From Candidatus Krumholzibacteriales bacterium (GTDB lineage: Bacteria; Krumholzibacteriota; Krumholzibacteriia; Krumholzibacteriales; WJIX01), in the NCBI GenBank assembly GCA_046483305.1, contig JAWODM010000021.1:15503-79502 (forward strand): a stretch of 64,000 nucleotides of DNA. Reading direction: 5' to 3'. Position numbers and translations under genes: made by a program. Below are positions 48,931-58,629 of the stretch, in pieces; position 1 is the first letter of the stretch, and every line of letters begins with the position of its first letter. Under the pieces are notes generated by a model. The model saw nothing but the letters and a program-made list of their open reading frames with translations. It did no database searches and was not told the origin of the DNA.

Positions 48931-49683
48931 TCATTTCGATTCAACGCGGCCGAACCTTCTCTCACGTCCAAGATAAGTATAAATAGATTCAATAAGATCT
49001 TTTTCTCTGAAATCCGGCCAGTAGAGCTCACTGATTACTATTTCAGTATATGCAAGCTGCCACAGCATGAAATTGCTGATCCGGAACTCCCCGCTGGTTC
49101 TTATCAGAAGGTCGGGATCGCCCAGCCGTGGATTGTACAGATAATCCGAAAAAAGCTCCTCATTCACATTATCCGGCTCGACTCTGCCAGCCCGGGCCTC
49201 TTCCGCAATCTTCCTGGCCGCGTCCGCTATCTCGGTCCTGCCCCCGTAACTGAGGCATAAATTCAGGATGGTTCCGGTGTTGCCTTCAAGCCTTTCCATG
49301 GTATTATGAAGAGTTTCTCTGGTAACCTGAGGGAGCATCTCGGTCCGTCCCATCGCCCTCAACCTGATATTGTTGTTCTTCAGTTCCAGGAACTCTCTCT
49401 CCAGAGCGACCTTGAGGTAATTCATCAGCGCTTTGACCTCATAATCGGGCCGATTCCAGTTCTCCAGCGAGAAGGTAAATAGAGACAGGACCGGAATTTC
49501 CAGCATCGCGCAGGTTCTAACAGCCGCCCTTACAGAGCCCACCCCCTCCTTGTGCCCCGCTATCCTGGGCATATTCCGCTCCCTGGCCCATCTTCCGTTA
49601 CCATCCATTATAATGGCAATGTGCCCGGGCAGCCCTTTCTCTTTTTTTAGCTGCTGCAGCTTCTTCTCAGTCTGTTCATCCAT
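48931..49683 (-). CDS. uppS: Undecaprenyl-diphosphate synthase (isoprenyl transferase)
   Basis: HIAIIMDGNGRWA, FSLENWNRP, YGGRTEI, DLLIRTSGEFRISNFMLWQ, RERRFG. Confidence 0.96.
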   Translation of the reverse strand: MDEQTEKKLQQLKKEKGLPGHIAIIMDGNGRWARERNMPRIAGHKEGVGSVRAAVRTCAMLEIPVLSLFTFSLENWNRPDYEVKALMNYLKVALEREFLELKNNNIRLRAMGRTEMLPQVTRETLHNTMERLEGNTGTILNLCLSYGGRTEIADAARKIAEEARAGRVEPDNVNEELFSDYLYNPRLGDPDLLIRTSGEFRISNFMLWQLAYTEIVISELYWPDFREKDLIESIYTYLGRERRFGRVESK

Positions 49684-49713
49684 TGTCCCACCACCCGGAC
49701 TTTCCCGGCCTGT

Positions 49714-50277
49714 CTAGAATTCCAGAATCTCCTTCTTCTTTCTCTCGCCGATCTCATCAAGCGTCTCGATATGGGCATCTGTTTTCTGCTGGATATCCTC
49801 CTGATACCGGTAACTGTCGTCCTCCGATATCTCATGAGATTTTTCAAGCTTCTTGAATTTATCATTAGCGTCTCTTCGGATGTTTCTTATAGCTACTCTC
49901 CCCTGCTCCACAACCTCGTCCACGGTCTTGCTCAATTCTTTTCTGCGCTCTTCAGTCAGTGAAGGTACAGGAATTCTAATAAAGCCGCCTTCCTCCTGGG
50001 GATTGAGGCCTACGTTGGCGGTCTGAATAGCCGTCACTATATCTCCGGCTATCTGCTTTTCCCAGGGTTGAACGGTTATCAGGCCGGGATCGGGCACCGC
50101 TATATTCGCGACCTGTTTCAACGGAACCCTTGATCCATAATATTCCACCTTAATATTTTCCAGGAGTACTGGCGAGGCCTTCCCGGTACGGATAGAGGCA
50201 AGTTCATTCTCTGCCGCTTTGACCGACTTGTCCATATGGTCTTCAGCTGTTTCGAAAATCTCATCAACAGATTCCAT
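49714..50277 (-). CDS. frr: Ribosome recycling factor
   Basis: IRTGKASP, VEYYG, LGLNP-like VGLNP, LTEERRKEL, RVAIRNIRRD. Confidence 0.96.
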   Translation of the reverse strand: MESVDEIFETAEDHMDKSVKAAENELASIRTGKASPVLLENIKVEYYGSRVPLKQVANIAVPDPGLITVQPWEKQIAGDIVTAIQTANVGLNPQEEGGFIRIPVPSLTEERRKELSKTVDEVVEQGRVAIRNIRRDANDKFKKLEKSHEISEDDSYRYQEDIQQKTDAHIETLDEIGERKKKEILEF

Positions 50278-50989
50278 CTGCTCCTCCTTTTATCAGGGTT
50301 CCGGGAGCATTTCCCTGAACCGCTTTCTCAAGATTACCCTCTCTGATTATATTAAAAACGAATACCGGTATGCTGTTTTCCCGGCAGAAAGCCACCGCCA
50401 TGGAATCCATTACTTTAAGGTCATTTGTCAGGACCTCGGTATAGGTAAGGAAATCGAACTTCCGCGCGTTCTCATTTTTTACCGGATCGCTGTCGTAGAC
50501 TCCATCCACTTTGGTTCCCTTGTATATAACATCAGCTCCGATCTGAGCGGCTCTGAGAGCCGCGGCGGTATCAGTTGTAAAATAGGGATTGCCTGTGCCC
50601 CCTGCCAGGATAAGAACAGAACCTCTCTCCAGGCATTCCCTGGCCCGGAAGGGGTCGAACTCCTCGCCAACTCCCCTGACGCTGAAAGCGGTCATTACCA
50701 CCGCCGGAACTTCCAGCCTGTCCAGGGCGATTTTCAGGGCCTGAGCGTTTATCACCGTGGCAATCATTCCCATATAATCGCAGCTGCCCCTGTCATATCC
50801 CTTTCCGCTGTATGCGCCTCCCCTCAGGATATTGCCACCTCCAACAACTACCGCTATCTCGGCCTCTCCATTAATCGCCGCCGCCAGTTCTTCCGCAAAA
50901 CCGTATACTCTATCCGGATCAACCGACCCGCTTCCGAACAACTCGCCGCTCAATTTGAGCAGAATCCGCTTTCTGTCGATTTTATTCAA
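50264..50989 (-). CDS. pyrH: Uridylate kinase
   Basis: RILLKLSGE, VVGGGNILRG, DYMGMIATVIN, GTGNPYFTTD, VDGVYDSDP. Confidence 0.96.
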   Translation of the reverse strand: MNKIDRKRILLKLSGELFGSGSVDPDRVYGFAEELAAAINGEAEIAVVVGGGNILRGGAYSGKGYDRGSCDYMGMIATVINAQALKIALDRLEVPAVVMTAFSVRGVGEEFDPFRARECLERGSVLILAGGTGNPYFTTDTAAALRAAQIGADVIYKGTKVDGVYDSDPVKNENARKFDFLTYTEVLTNDLKVMDSMAVAFCRENSIPVFVFNIIREGNLEKAVQGNAPGTLIKGGADGIC

Positions 50990-51007
50990 CGCTTCCGCCT
51001 TTCTTGA

Positions 51008-51042
51008 AAAAAACGTGGGAGTTTACTTCTCCCACGTTTTTT
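51008..51042. terminator. Intrinsic terminator between tsf and pyrH (bidirectional geometry)
   Basis: AAAAAACGTGGGAG-TTTACTT-CTCCCACGTTTTTT. Confidence 0.75.
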
Positions 51043-51082
51043 ATAACAGATTGAGCGCAAACGGACAATACAGTTTTCAGAA

Positions 51083-51679
51083 TTAACCAGCCCCTACTTC
51101 AAAGCGGGCGAACCTGTTTATCTCAATATTTTCCCCTATCTTGCCGATAGCGCCCTTAACCAGGTCTTTCACGGTAATCTTGTCGTCCTTGATGAACGGC
51201 TGTTCTATCAGGCAGACTTCGGAGAAGAACTTTTCCATCTTCCCTTCGATTATCTTGTCCACTATATTCTCGGGCTTCCCTGCCTGCAAAGCCTGATTCC
51301 TGAAAATCTCCCTTTCCTTTTCAACAGTCTCCGGGTCCAACTCCTCCCTGGTCAGGGCCAGGGGAGCGGTAGCGGCGATCTGCATGGCAACATCTTTTCC
51401 CAGCTGCTGGAAATCGTCCGTGCGGGCCACGAAGTCAGTCTCACAGTTAATCTCAACCATTACACCTATCTGAGCTCCGGGGTGTATGTAACAGAATACC
51501 TGCCCTTCTTTCACTTGCCTGTCCGAGCGCTTGGCCGCTGCCGATAATCCCTTCTCCCGCAATATCTTAATTGCTTTTTCCACATCCCCGTCAGCCTCGA
51601 TAAGCGCTTTCTTACAGTCCATCATCCCTGAACCGGTTTTATCCCTCAGTTCCTTTACCTGCCTGGCGTCTATACTCAT
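51083..51679 (-). CDS. tsf: Elongation factor Ts (short ~200-aa form)
   Basis: VKELRDKTGSGMMDCKKAL, EINCETDFVA, AMQIAA, LIEQPFIKD. Confidence 0.97.
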   Translation of the reverse strand: MSIDARQVKELRDKTGSGMMDCKKALIEADGDVEKAIKILREKGLSAAAKRSDRQVKEGQVFCYIHPGAQIGVMVEINCETDFVARTDDFQQLGKDVAMQIAATAPLALTREELDPETVEKEREIFRNQALQAGKPENIVDKIIEGKMEKFFSEVCLIEQPFIKDDKITVKDLVKGAIGKIGENIEINRFARFEVGAG

Positions 51680-51694
51680 TATCTCCTCCGATGC

Positions 51695-52540
51695 TTATTT
51701 TCCCTTTTCAGTTTCTGCGGCTGCCCTGCTGCCAGATCCTTCTGAAGCGCTACTTTTTTCAGGCGAAGCTTTCCGGGTTTTCTCCTCAGGTTTCTTTTCC
51801 CTGCCGCCTTCGGAATCGCTCTTTTTCTTCTTCTCGATAAATTCCTTGTTCTTGAGGTATTTGTCTCTACCCTCAATTATCGCGTCGGCGAAACTCCTGG
51901 TAAACAGCTTAACCGATCTGATAGCGTCATCATTGGCCGGAATCGGAATATCCACTTCCCTGGGGTCGGAATTGGTATCTACCAGGCCGATCAGGGGAAT
52001 ATTAAGCTTTCTTGCTTCCTTTACCGCGATATTCTCTTTGGTAATGTCAAAAACGATCATGCAGTCCGGTGCCTTCTTCATCTCTCTTATACCGGAAAGG
52101 TTCCTCAGGAGCTTCTCTTTCCGCCTGGTAAGCCTGAGTCTTTCCTTCTTGGAAATCTTCTCCCAGCGCACCCCGTCCTGTTCCATCTCTTCTATTTCCT
52201 TCAGGGTATCTATGCTGTTCTTGATTGTCTTGAAGTTTGTTAATGTGCCCCCTATCCATCTCTCCGAGACATAGAACATGCCGCATCTTTCAGCATCCTC
52301 CTTGACGCTTTTCTTGGCCTGTTTCTTGGTCCCTACGAATATAACCTGTTTGCCCTCCTCCGCAATAGAGGCAAGCATATCATTCGCTTCCTTGAGTTTT
52401 TCAATGGTTATCCGCACATCTATAATATGTATACCGTTCTTTTCCTTGTAGATGAACGGTTTCATCCTGGGGTTCCATCGCCTCTTCTGGTGGCCAAAAT
52501 GGACTCCCGCTTCCAGCAGATCATTGATTTGAATATCCAA
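51695..52540 (-). CDS. rpsB: 30S ribosomal protein S2
   Basis: LLEAGVHFGH..RWNPRM, FVGTKKQA, RWIGGTLTN, VDTNSDP, IPANDD; start re-placed to TTG 52540 after GGAGG. Confidence 0.97.
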   Translation of the reverse strand: MDIQINDLLEAGVHFGHQKRRWNPRMKPFIYKEKNGIHIIDVRITIEKLKEANDMLASIAEEGKQVIFVGTKKQAKKSVKEDAERCGMFYVSERWIGGTLTNFKTIKNSIDTLKEIEEMEQDGVRWEKISKKERLRLTRRKEKLLRNLSGIREMKKAPDCMIVFDITKENIAVKEARKLNIPLIGLVDTNSDPREVDIPIPANDDAIRSVKLFTRSFADAIIEGRDKYLKNKEFIEKKKKSDSEGGREKKPEEKTRKASPEKSSASEGSGSRAAAETEKGK

Positions 52541-52650
52541 TTCTTCCTCCTGTTCAGGTTTGTCCTCCATCTTTCTGTTAAACGATACAATTCCGGAAAT
52601 CTCCGGAACACCTGGTAACGTAAAAGAAAAGATGTGTGTTTTTGAAAAAT

Positions 52651-53043
52651 CTATCTTTTAGAGAATTGAAACTTCTTCCTGGCTCCCGGCTGACCGTACT
52701 TCTTCCTCTCCTTAGCCCTGGCATCCCTGGTCAGGAAACCGTTTTCCTTGAGAGCCCCCCTCATCGATTCATCATGCAGAATGATAGCTCTGGCGATTCC
52801 CAGCCTGAGAGCGCCCGCCTGCCCCGAGGTTCCTCCTCCCTTAACGTTAGCCTTTATATTGTACTTTCCCTCGGTCTCGGTTGCAACCAGAGGCTGCTTC
52901 ACCATTCTGACCAGATTATTCCTCTTGAGATAATCATCCAGATTCTTTCCGTTGACCTCCAGCTTACCTTTACCAGGGGTTAGAAAGACTCTCGCCACAG
53001 CTCTTTTTCTTCTCCCTACAGCGCAATACGTCTCTTTTTCCAA
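52651..53043 (-). CDS. rpsI: 30S ribosomal protein S9
   Basis: GRRKRAVARV, VKGGGTSGQAGALRLGIARA, LTRDARAKERKKYG..ARKKFQFSKR. Confidence 0.98.
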   Translation of the reverse strand: MEKETYCAVGRRKRAVARVFLTPGKGKLEVNGKNLDDYLKRNNLVRMVKQPLVATETEGKYNIKANVKGGGTSGQAGALRLGIARAIILHDESMRGALKENGFLTRDARAKERKKYGQPGARKKFQFSKR

Positions 53044-53089
53044 AATATCACCTCCCTCCGGTGTTCAGGTTATCTATCCGTTTAACAAT

Positions 53090-53521
53090 TCATATTTCCA
53101 TCTCTTCAGGCTGCTGGGCCTGGTGAGGGTGTTCGCTTCCTCCGTAAACCTTCAGCTTCTTCAGTTGCCGCCTTCCCAGTTTGTTATGAGGAAGCATGCC
53201 CTTAACTGCATTTCTGACCGCAAAGGTCGGATCCTTCTTCATCATATCCTTGAAACTGGTCAGAGTCAATCCTCCCACATACCCGCTATGCCTCCAGTAC
53301 TTCTTGTCAGTCTGCTTGTTGCCTGATACATATATCTTACCGGCATTTACTACTATAACAAAATCCCCGGCATCTATATGAGGAGTATAACTGGGTTTAC
53401 TCTTGCCCCGGAGAACAGCGGCGACTGTGGAGGCGAGACGCCCAAGGGTCTTCCCCTCGGCATCCACGACGTACCATTTCTTTTCGATATCGTCTTCATT
53501 TACAAAAGTAGTCTGTCTCAT
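53090..53521 (-). CDS. rplM: 50S ribosomal protein L13
   Basis: WYVVDAEGKTLGRLAS, LRGKSKPSYTPH.DAGDFVIVVNA, AVKGMLP, HPHQAQQP. Confidence 0.98.
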   Translation of the reverse strand: MRQTTFVNEDDIEKKWYVVDAEGKTLGRLASTVAAVLRGKSKPSYTPHIDAGDFVIVVNAGKIYVSGNKQTDKKYWRHSGYVGGLTLTSFKDMMKKDPTFAVRNAVKGMLPHNKLGRRQLKKLKVYGGSEHPHQAQQPEEMEI

Positions 53522-53569
53522 TCCTCTCCTCCATTGACACACTTCGATCTCTGTATCACCGAATGTTAA

Positions 53570-53598
53570 AATATATATGCGTCAGCCTTTCCCGTCAA
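53570..53598 (-). promoter_or_regulatory. Sigma-70-type promoter of rplM-rpsI
   Basis: TTGACG-N17-TATATT with AT-rich upstream element. Confidence 0.6.
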
Positions 53599-53679
53599 GC
53601 CGCATTACCTTATTTTTTATATTATTTTATTCCCGTAACCCCGGGCAGTATCACGGCCGGGGCCTGAAATCATCTGACA

Positions 53680-54798
53680 TCATTCCGCGTGATCCTCAAT
53701 AAATGCCCGGATCTTTTCGCTGCCGGGCCTCTCTATTACACCTTTATCTGTAATAATGGAGGTTATGTATGAAGCCGGAGTAATATCGAATGCCGGATTG
53801 TATATCTTAACCCCTTCAGGCGCAACAACTTTACCGGCAAAATGAGACACCTCCTCAGCGGCTCTCTGCTCAATATCTATTCCGGCTCCGTTCTCCAGCG
53901 CCGGGTCGAAAGTGGAAAGGGGCGCCGCCACATAGAACGGCAGATTAAACTCTGAACAGAAAACGGCGAGGGCCAGAGTTCCTATCTTGTTGGCAGTGTC
54001 TCCGTTCGCGGCTATACGGTCCGCTCCCACTATCACACAGTCAATTCCCGAAGAGGCTATCAGCGAAGCGGCGGCGCTGTCACAGAGTATCCGCACATCT
54101 ATTCCTTCCCGGCCAAGCTCCCAGGCGGTAAGCCTGGCGCCCTGCAGCAGGGGGCGGGTTTCATCTGCGTACACGGTAAGACTTTTTCCATCCTGATGAG
54201 CCCTGTAGATTACCGCCAGCGCGGTTCCGTAACCAGCGGTTGCCAGCCCTCCCGCGTTGCAGTGAGTAAGAATATTCATACCGTCTTCTATGTAACGCGA
54301 GCCATGCTCGCCGATACTGTATTCGCAGGCAAGCTCCCGCTGATGAATCTCGAAGGCCTTTTCAGCAGCTCTCTCCACCATGCGGCGGGGAGGAATACCG
54401 GATTCTGACACAGCTGACATCATGCTGTCAGCCGCCCAGAAAAGGTTAACCGCGGTAGGCCTGGTCTTTCTGAGCAGATCCGCGGCATTTGACAGAGTGC
54501 TAATTATTTCTTCCCCTCTCAAACCGGAAATTTCAAAATCAGCTATCCCGTCCTCCCTGTCGAATAAATAGCGGGGCCGGCCGGCCAATCCTCCTCTGAG
54601 AAAAATATCAAGCTCCAGGAGCATCCCGTATGCGGCGGCAATCCCCAGGGCGGGCGCCCCCCTGACCCTCAGGGATTTTATCGCTTCAGCCACCTGAGCC
54701 AGAGTTTCCAGTTTCAGGACCCTGAATTCGGCGGGAAGAAGGGTCTGATCTATAATCCTTACCGAGCCCTGCCTGTAATCGATAGTCTCGATCAGCAT
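53680..54798 (-). CDS. mtnA: S-methyl-5-thioribose-1-phosphate isomerase
   Basis: IDQTLLP, VRGAPALG, RPTAVNL, LTHCNAGGLATAGYGTAL, ETRPLLQGARLTAWEL, GADRIAANGDTANKIGT, NPAFDITP. Confidence 0.95.
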   Translation of the reverse strand: MLIETIDYRQGSVRIIDQTLLPAEFRVLKLETLAQVAEAIKSLRVRGAPALGIAAAYGMLLELDIFLRGGLAGRPRYLFDREDGIADFEISGLRGEEIISTLSNAADLLRKTRPTAVNLFWAADSMMSAVSESGIPPRRMVERAAEKAFEIHQRELACEYSIGEHGSRYIEDGMNILTHCNAGGLATAGYGTALAVIYRAHQDGKSLTVYADETRPLLQGARLTAWELGREGIDVRILCDSAAASLIASSGIDCVIVGADRIAANGDTANKIGTLALAVFCSEFNLPFYVAAPLSTFDPALENGAGIDIEQRAAEEVSHFAGKVVAPEGVKIYNPAFDITPASYITSIITDKGVIERPGSEKIRAFIEDHAE

Positions 54799-54832
54799 CG
54801 GCGCATCACTCCTTAAAAGAAAAAGCTCACAC

Positions 54833-55261
54833 TCAGCTTCCAGGTTCACCAAGAACAGTTACATGAACTGTTCTGTTCCTTGCCCTGTTATCGAAATCCA
54901 GAAATACTATCTGCTGCCAGGTTCCCCTCACCAGTTTTCCTTCCTGGACCGGCAGTGTAAGCGATGGTCCAACCAGGGCCGCTCTGACGTGCGAAAAACC
55001 GTTTCCATCCCCCCAGGTTTTATCGTGATGATAACTCACCCCGGAAGGGATTATCTTTTCAAAGAACTCCGGCAGGTCTATGATCAGTCCCGGTTCATAT
55101 TCCACGGTTGTTACAGCCGCGGTGGAACCGGGGATAAACACGCTCACCTGGCCTTCGCCGATACCGGAACCTTCAAGAATGTTCTCAACCTGCTGCGTGA
55201 TATCCCGAACAGTTCCGTCGCCATCGGTAGAAAAGCTGATGGTTTCATTTAATACCTTCAA
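54833..55261 (-). CDS. yjbQ: YjbQ (UPF0047) family protein
   Basis: GSTAAVTTVEYEPGL, YHHD..GDGNGFSHVRA.L.GPS, GTWQQIVFLDFD. Confidence 0.9.
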   Translation of the reverse strand: MKVLNETISFSTDGDGTVRDITQQVENILEGSGIGEGQVSVFIPGSTAAVTTVEYEPGLIIDLPEFFEKIIPSGVSYHHDKTWGDGNGFSHVRAALVGPSLTLPVQEGKLVRGTWQQIVFLDFDNRARNRTVHVTVLGEPGS

Positions 55262-55331
55262 CAGACACCTCGCTTTCCCCGGCCTGCCCCATACCGTATT
55301 TTCTTTTATAGGGGCGGGCAGGTGCCGGCAG

Positions 55332-55913
55332 TCATCTTTTCAGCATCTCCATAAGCAGGGTTACAGGCATTCCGACCACATTGTAAAAACAGCCCTCTAT
55401 ACCCTTTACCAGAGCAGCGCCGTAACCCTGGATACCGTACCCCCCGGCCTTGTCAAAGCATTCGCCGGTATTTACGTACCGCTCTATTTCCACGCTTTCC
55501 AGTTCCCTGAAGAGAACTCTGGTTCTTTCCGCCTCTATTTCCCTGCTGGCGGGAAGCGATACCAGAGCCACTGCTGTTATTACTTCATGCACCCGGCCGG
55601 AAAGCAGATCAAGCATCTCTGCCGCTTCCTCCCTGTCGGCCGGTTTGCCCAGCCTCCTGCCTTCACAGGAGATCACGGTATCGGCTCCGATTATCCTCTT
55701 TCTGGGGAAGCTGCTCTGAACATCCACCGCTTTGAGCTCCGCCAGGACCCTGGCTCTCTTCTCCGGGTCATCCCAGATAACTTCATCCTCGTCGACTGAT
55801 GATACCGCGGACACAAACTCAAAATCCATATCCTCGAGAATCTTTCTGCGGCGGGGCGAGGCCGAGGCCAGTACCAGGTTTTTCTGTGCTTCAAGGGTAA
55901 GAAGCGGGTTCAT
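55332..55913 (-). CDS. maf: Maf family nucleoside triphosphate pyrophosphatase
   Basis: LVLASASPRR, IGADTVI, GKP, LSGRVHEV, DKAGGYGIQG, GCFYNVVGMP. Confidence 0.95.
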   Translation of the reverse strand: MNPLLTLEAQKNLVLASASPRRRKILEDMDFEFVSAVSSVDEDEVIWDDPEKRARVLAELKAVDVQSSFPRKRIIGADTVISCEGRRLGKPADREEAAEMLDLLSGRVHEVITAVALVSLPASREIEAERTRVLFRELESVEIERYVNTGECFDKAGGYGIQGYGAALVKGIEGCFYNVVGMPVTLLMEMLKR

Positions 55914-55932
55914 GATTTCCTGCCCTTCCTAT

Positions 55933-56376
55933 CTACATCTCGCTGTCAACTATAAGAGTTACCGGGCCGTCATTAATCAGATTCACTTTCATTCCTGCTC
56001 CGAATACGCCTTCGGAAATGCGGGGGTAGTAACCGTCCAGAATCTCTATGAAACTCCGGTACAGCTTCCTTGCTTCCGTAGCCTGAGCGCTCTCCGTATA
56101 AGCCGGCCTTCTGCCTTTGCGGCAGTTCCCGTAGAGAGTAAACTGAGATACTACAAGCACTTCGCCGCCTTCGTCCATAACCGAACGGTTCATCTTCCCT
56201 TCTCTGTCGGGAAATATTCTCAGCTCCAGGCATTTCCTGGCCGTCCAGTCCAGGTTATCCGGCTGGTCGCCCTTTCGAAAAGCGGCCAGTATCATTATCC
56301 CGGGGCCGATGGACGCGGCGGTTTTACCCTCTATCTCTACGCTGGCCCGGGCTACCCTCTGTATAACCGCCCTCAC
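55933..56376 (-). CDS. dtd: D-aminoacyl-tRNA deacylase
   Basis: MRAVIQRV, LRIF..EGKMN.SV, VSQFTLYG..KGRRP, FGAGM.V.LINDGPVT. Confidence 0.96.
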   Translation of the reverse strand: MRAVIQRVARASVEIEGKTAASIGPGIMILAAFRKGDQPDNLDWTARKCLELRIFPDREGKMNRSVMDEGGEVLVVSQFTLYGNCRKGRRPAYTESAQATEARKLYRSFIEILDGYYPRISEGVFGAGMKVNLINDGPVTLIVDSEM

Positions 56377-58136
56377 TGTTCACCCCCCGGAAACAACCCC
56401 TCCTTATCGCCGGCCGGGGCGTCATTAACTCTGATATCAATCACTCTCAGCTGCTTGCTTTCCTTTCCCCTGTATTTATTAACCCTGCAATTGCCCAGGA
56501 TATCAATCGTTCTGCCGAATATATCGTAAGGTTTCCACCTGTTGCAAAGAGAGAAGCCAATAAAATCAAAGGGCTGGCTATCGTCCTGCCTGCCGCTGAA
56601 TTTAAGGTGGTTGCCGCCGACTATCCGGCAATCGTTGAGTACCTCCACCCCTCTTACTATAAATACCGGCTCGGTGTTTCCCGGGCCGAAAGGTTCCATC
56701 CTTGCTATGAATTCTATCAGGTCATTGTTGAAATCGCTCAGTGATATCTCCATATCGGCATGGGAAATCTCTTCTTCCCTTCCCTTTGACATAACGCCTA
56801 TGGTTCTATTGAACAGTTCGGCAAAATCGCTTATCAATTCCTCCTTTACACTGAATCCCCCCGCATCCCGGTGCCCCCCGTACCTTATCAGAAGCTCCGA
56901 ACAGGCATCCAGCGCTTTTCTGATATGGATACCGCCGGACGAGCGTATGGACCCCTTTCCCACTCCATCCTCCTGTACGGCGATAAGCGCGGCCGGCATC
57001 CCGTAGCGCTCCGAAAGCCTGGCGGCGCCGATACCTACAACCCCTTCATGCCATGCGGCCGAAGAGAAGATCAGGGCATGGGCATCCTCTTCCCTTTTCA
57101 GATATATATCAGCAAGGTAACAGGCCTCTCTGGTCACGCTGCTGTCCAGGTACTTACGCTCGATATTCATCTCCTCTATCTGTTTCGCCCTGATATGGAT
57201 CTTTTCCTCTTCTTCCCCGATGAGAAGCTTCACCACATCCCTGGCGCTTCCTATCCTGCCCGGGGAGTTCAGCCGGGGAACCAGGGTAAAGCATACCTGC
57301 CTCGCTGAGAAATCGTTTCTCTTCAGGCTGGACCGGCTCCTTATGGCATCCAGGCCCTTCCGGTTCCATTGAACCAGAACTTCCAGACCCAGAGAGACCA
57401 GTATCCGGTTTTCGCCGGTAAGTTCCATATAGTCCCCGAGCGTTCCCAGTGCAACCAGGTCCAGATATTTATCCATCGAATCTTCCATGCCGTATGAACC
57501 TGCCAGGGCCTGCACCAGTTTGAAAGCTACTCCCACCCCTGCAAGTTCCTTGAATGGATAGTTCTCTCCGGGCATTTTGGGATTGATCACCGCATCCGCC
57601 CGAACTCTCTCGGTAACCATGTGATGATCGGTGATTACCGTCCGGACACCCTTCCCGGCAAGGAAGTTTACCACTTTATTGTCGCTCCCTCCACAGTCGA
57701 CCGAAATAACCAGCCCGAGGCCGTTCTCTACCCCTCTCTTCATCATCCTCATTGACAATCCGTAACCGTCCTTGCCGCGATGTGGCACGAAGAAATGCGC
57801 ATCCGCGCCTATCTCTTTCAGGAATTCATAGAGCACGGCGGTCCCGGTAACTCCGTCAGCGTCGAAATCGCCATGAATCAGTATCAGCCGGTCCTCTCTG
57901 ACCGCTTCATTGATCAAAGATACAGCTTTTTCCATTTCGCTGAACAGGAAAGGATCGTGAAGATTATCGAAACTGGGCTTGAGATACCTGCTAACCGACT
58001 CCGGGCCGTCAATCCCGCGGTTCTGGAGAAGCCTCGCCTGGACCTCCGTCAGGCCGCATTCTTTCATCACCACAGCCAGGAGATCCTCATTTATGTTTTT
58101 TGACGTCCATTTGTCTTTAAGGCCTGACAATTCCAA
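56373..58136 (-). CDS. recJ: Single-stranded-DNA-specific exonuclease RecJ
   Basis: GDFDADG, DGYGL, SVDCG, ITDHH, LAGVGVAFKL, LVALGT, PRLNSPGR, WHEGVVGI, YGGH..AGG, MEPFGPGN. Confidence 0.95.
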   Translation of the reverse strand: MELSGLKDKWTSKNINEDLLAVVMKECGLTEVQARLLQNRGIDGPESVSRYLKPSFDNLHDPFLFSEMEKAVSLINEAVREDRLILIHGDFDADGVTGTAVLYEFLKEIGADAHFFVPHRGKDGYGLSMRMMKRGVENGLGLVISVDCGGSDNKVVNFLAGKGVRTVITDHHMVTERVRADAVINPKMPGENYPFKELAGVGVAFKLVQALAGSYGMEDSMDKYLDLVALGTLGDYMELTGENRILVSLGLEVLVQWNRKGLDAIRSRSSLKRNDFSARQVCFTLVPRLNSPGRIGSARDVVKLLIGEEEEKIHIRAKQIEEMNIERKYLDSSVTREACYLADIYLKREEDAHALIFSSAAWHEGVVGIGAARLSERYGMPAALIAVQEDGVGKGSIRSSGGIHIRKALDACSELLIRYGGHRDAGGFSVKEELISDFAELFNRTIGVMSKGREEEISHADMEISLSDFNNDLIEFIARMEPFGPGNTEPVFIVRGVEVLNDCRIVGGNHLKFSGRQDDSQPFDFIGFSLCNRWKPYDIFGRTIDILGNCRVNKYRGKESKQLRVIDIRVNDAPAGDKEGLFPGGEQ

Positions 58137-58197
58137 AGATTAACTCCCCTCTTATAAAGAACGGTACGGGCCGGGGCGTGGATATCTCTTATCAGAT

Positions 58198-58555
58198 ATG
58201 GCAGAGCCGGGATGTAAGCCGGATTCTGTTTCCAGGTTAATGGAACGTAATCATTTATCTGGGGCCGCCGTTACCGTCGGCCACTATCGACCTACCCGGG
58301 AGTCAAGTGAAGCGGGCAGCTTCTCCTCCTCTATTTGGTCTTTCTCCGGGTGGGGTTTACCTCCAGCCGCCGTTGCCGGCAGCCGTGGTGAGCTCTTACC
58401 TCACCTTCTCACCCTTACCCCCGAAGGGGCGGTATATTTTCTGTGGCACTTTCCTTGAATCGCTTCACTGGGCGTTACCCAGCACCCTGCCCTGTGGAGT
58501 CCGGACTTTCCTCAAGCGGACAGACCGCCTGCGATTACGCACCTGGCTCTGCCAT
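58198..58555 (-). ncRNA. rnpB: RNase P RNA (bacterial, likely type A)
   Basis: Minus strand GAGGAAAGTCCGGACTCC..GTGCCACAGAAA..GGTGAGAAGGTG.GGTAAGAGC..GGTAAACCCC..ACAGAATCCGGCTTA; terminal helix ATGGCAGAGCC/GGCTCTGCCAT. Confidence 0.95.
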
Positions 58556-58581
58556 GAACCATATTAAATACCACACAATCT

Positions 58582-58610
58582 AAAATAACAAAGAGAAGCG
58601 ATGAGGTCAA
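58582..58610 (-). promoter_or_regulatory. Putative rnpB promoter
   Basis: TTGACC-N17-TATTTT with extended -10 TG. Confidence 0.45.
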
Positions 58611-58629
58611 AAAAGTTAAAGAATTATAA

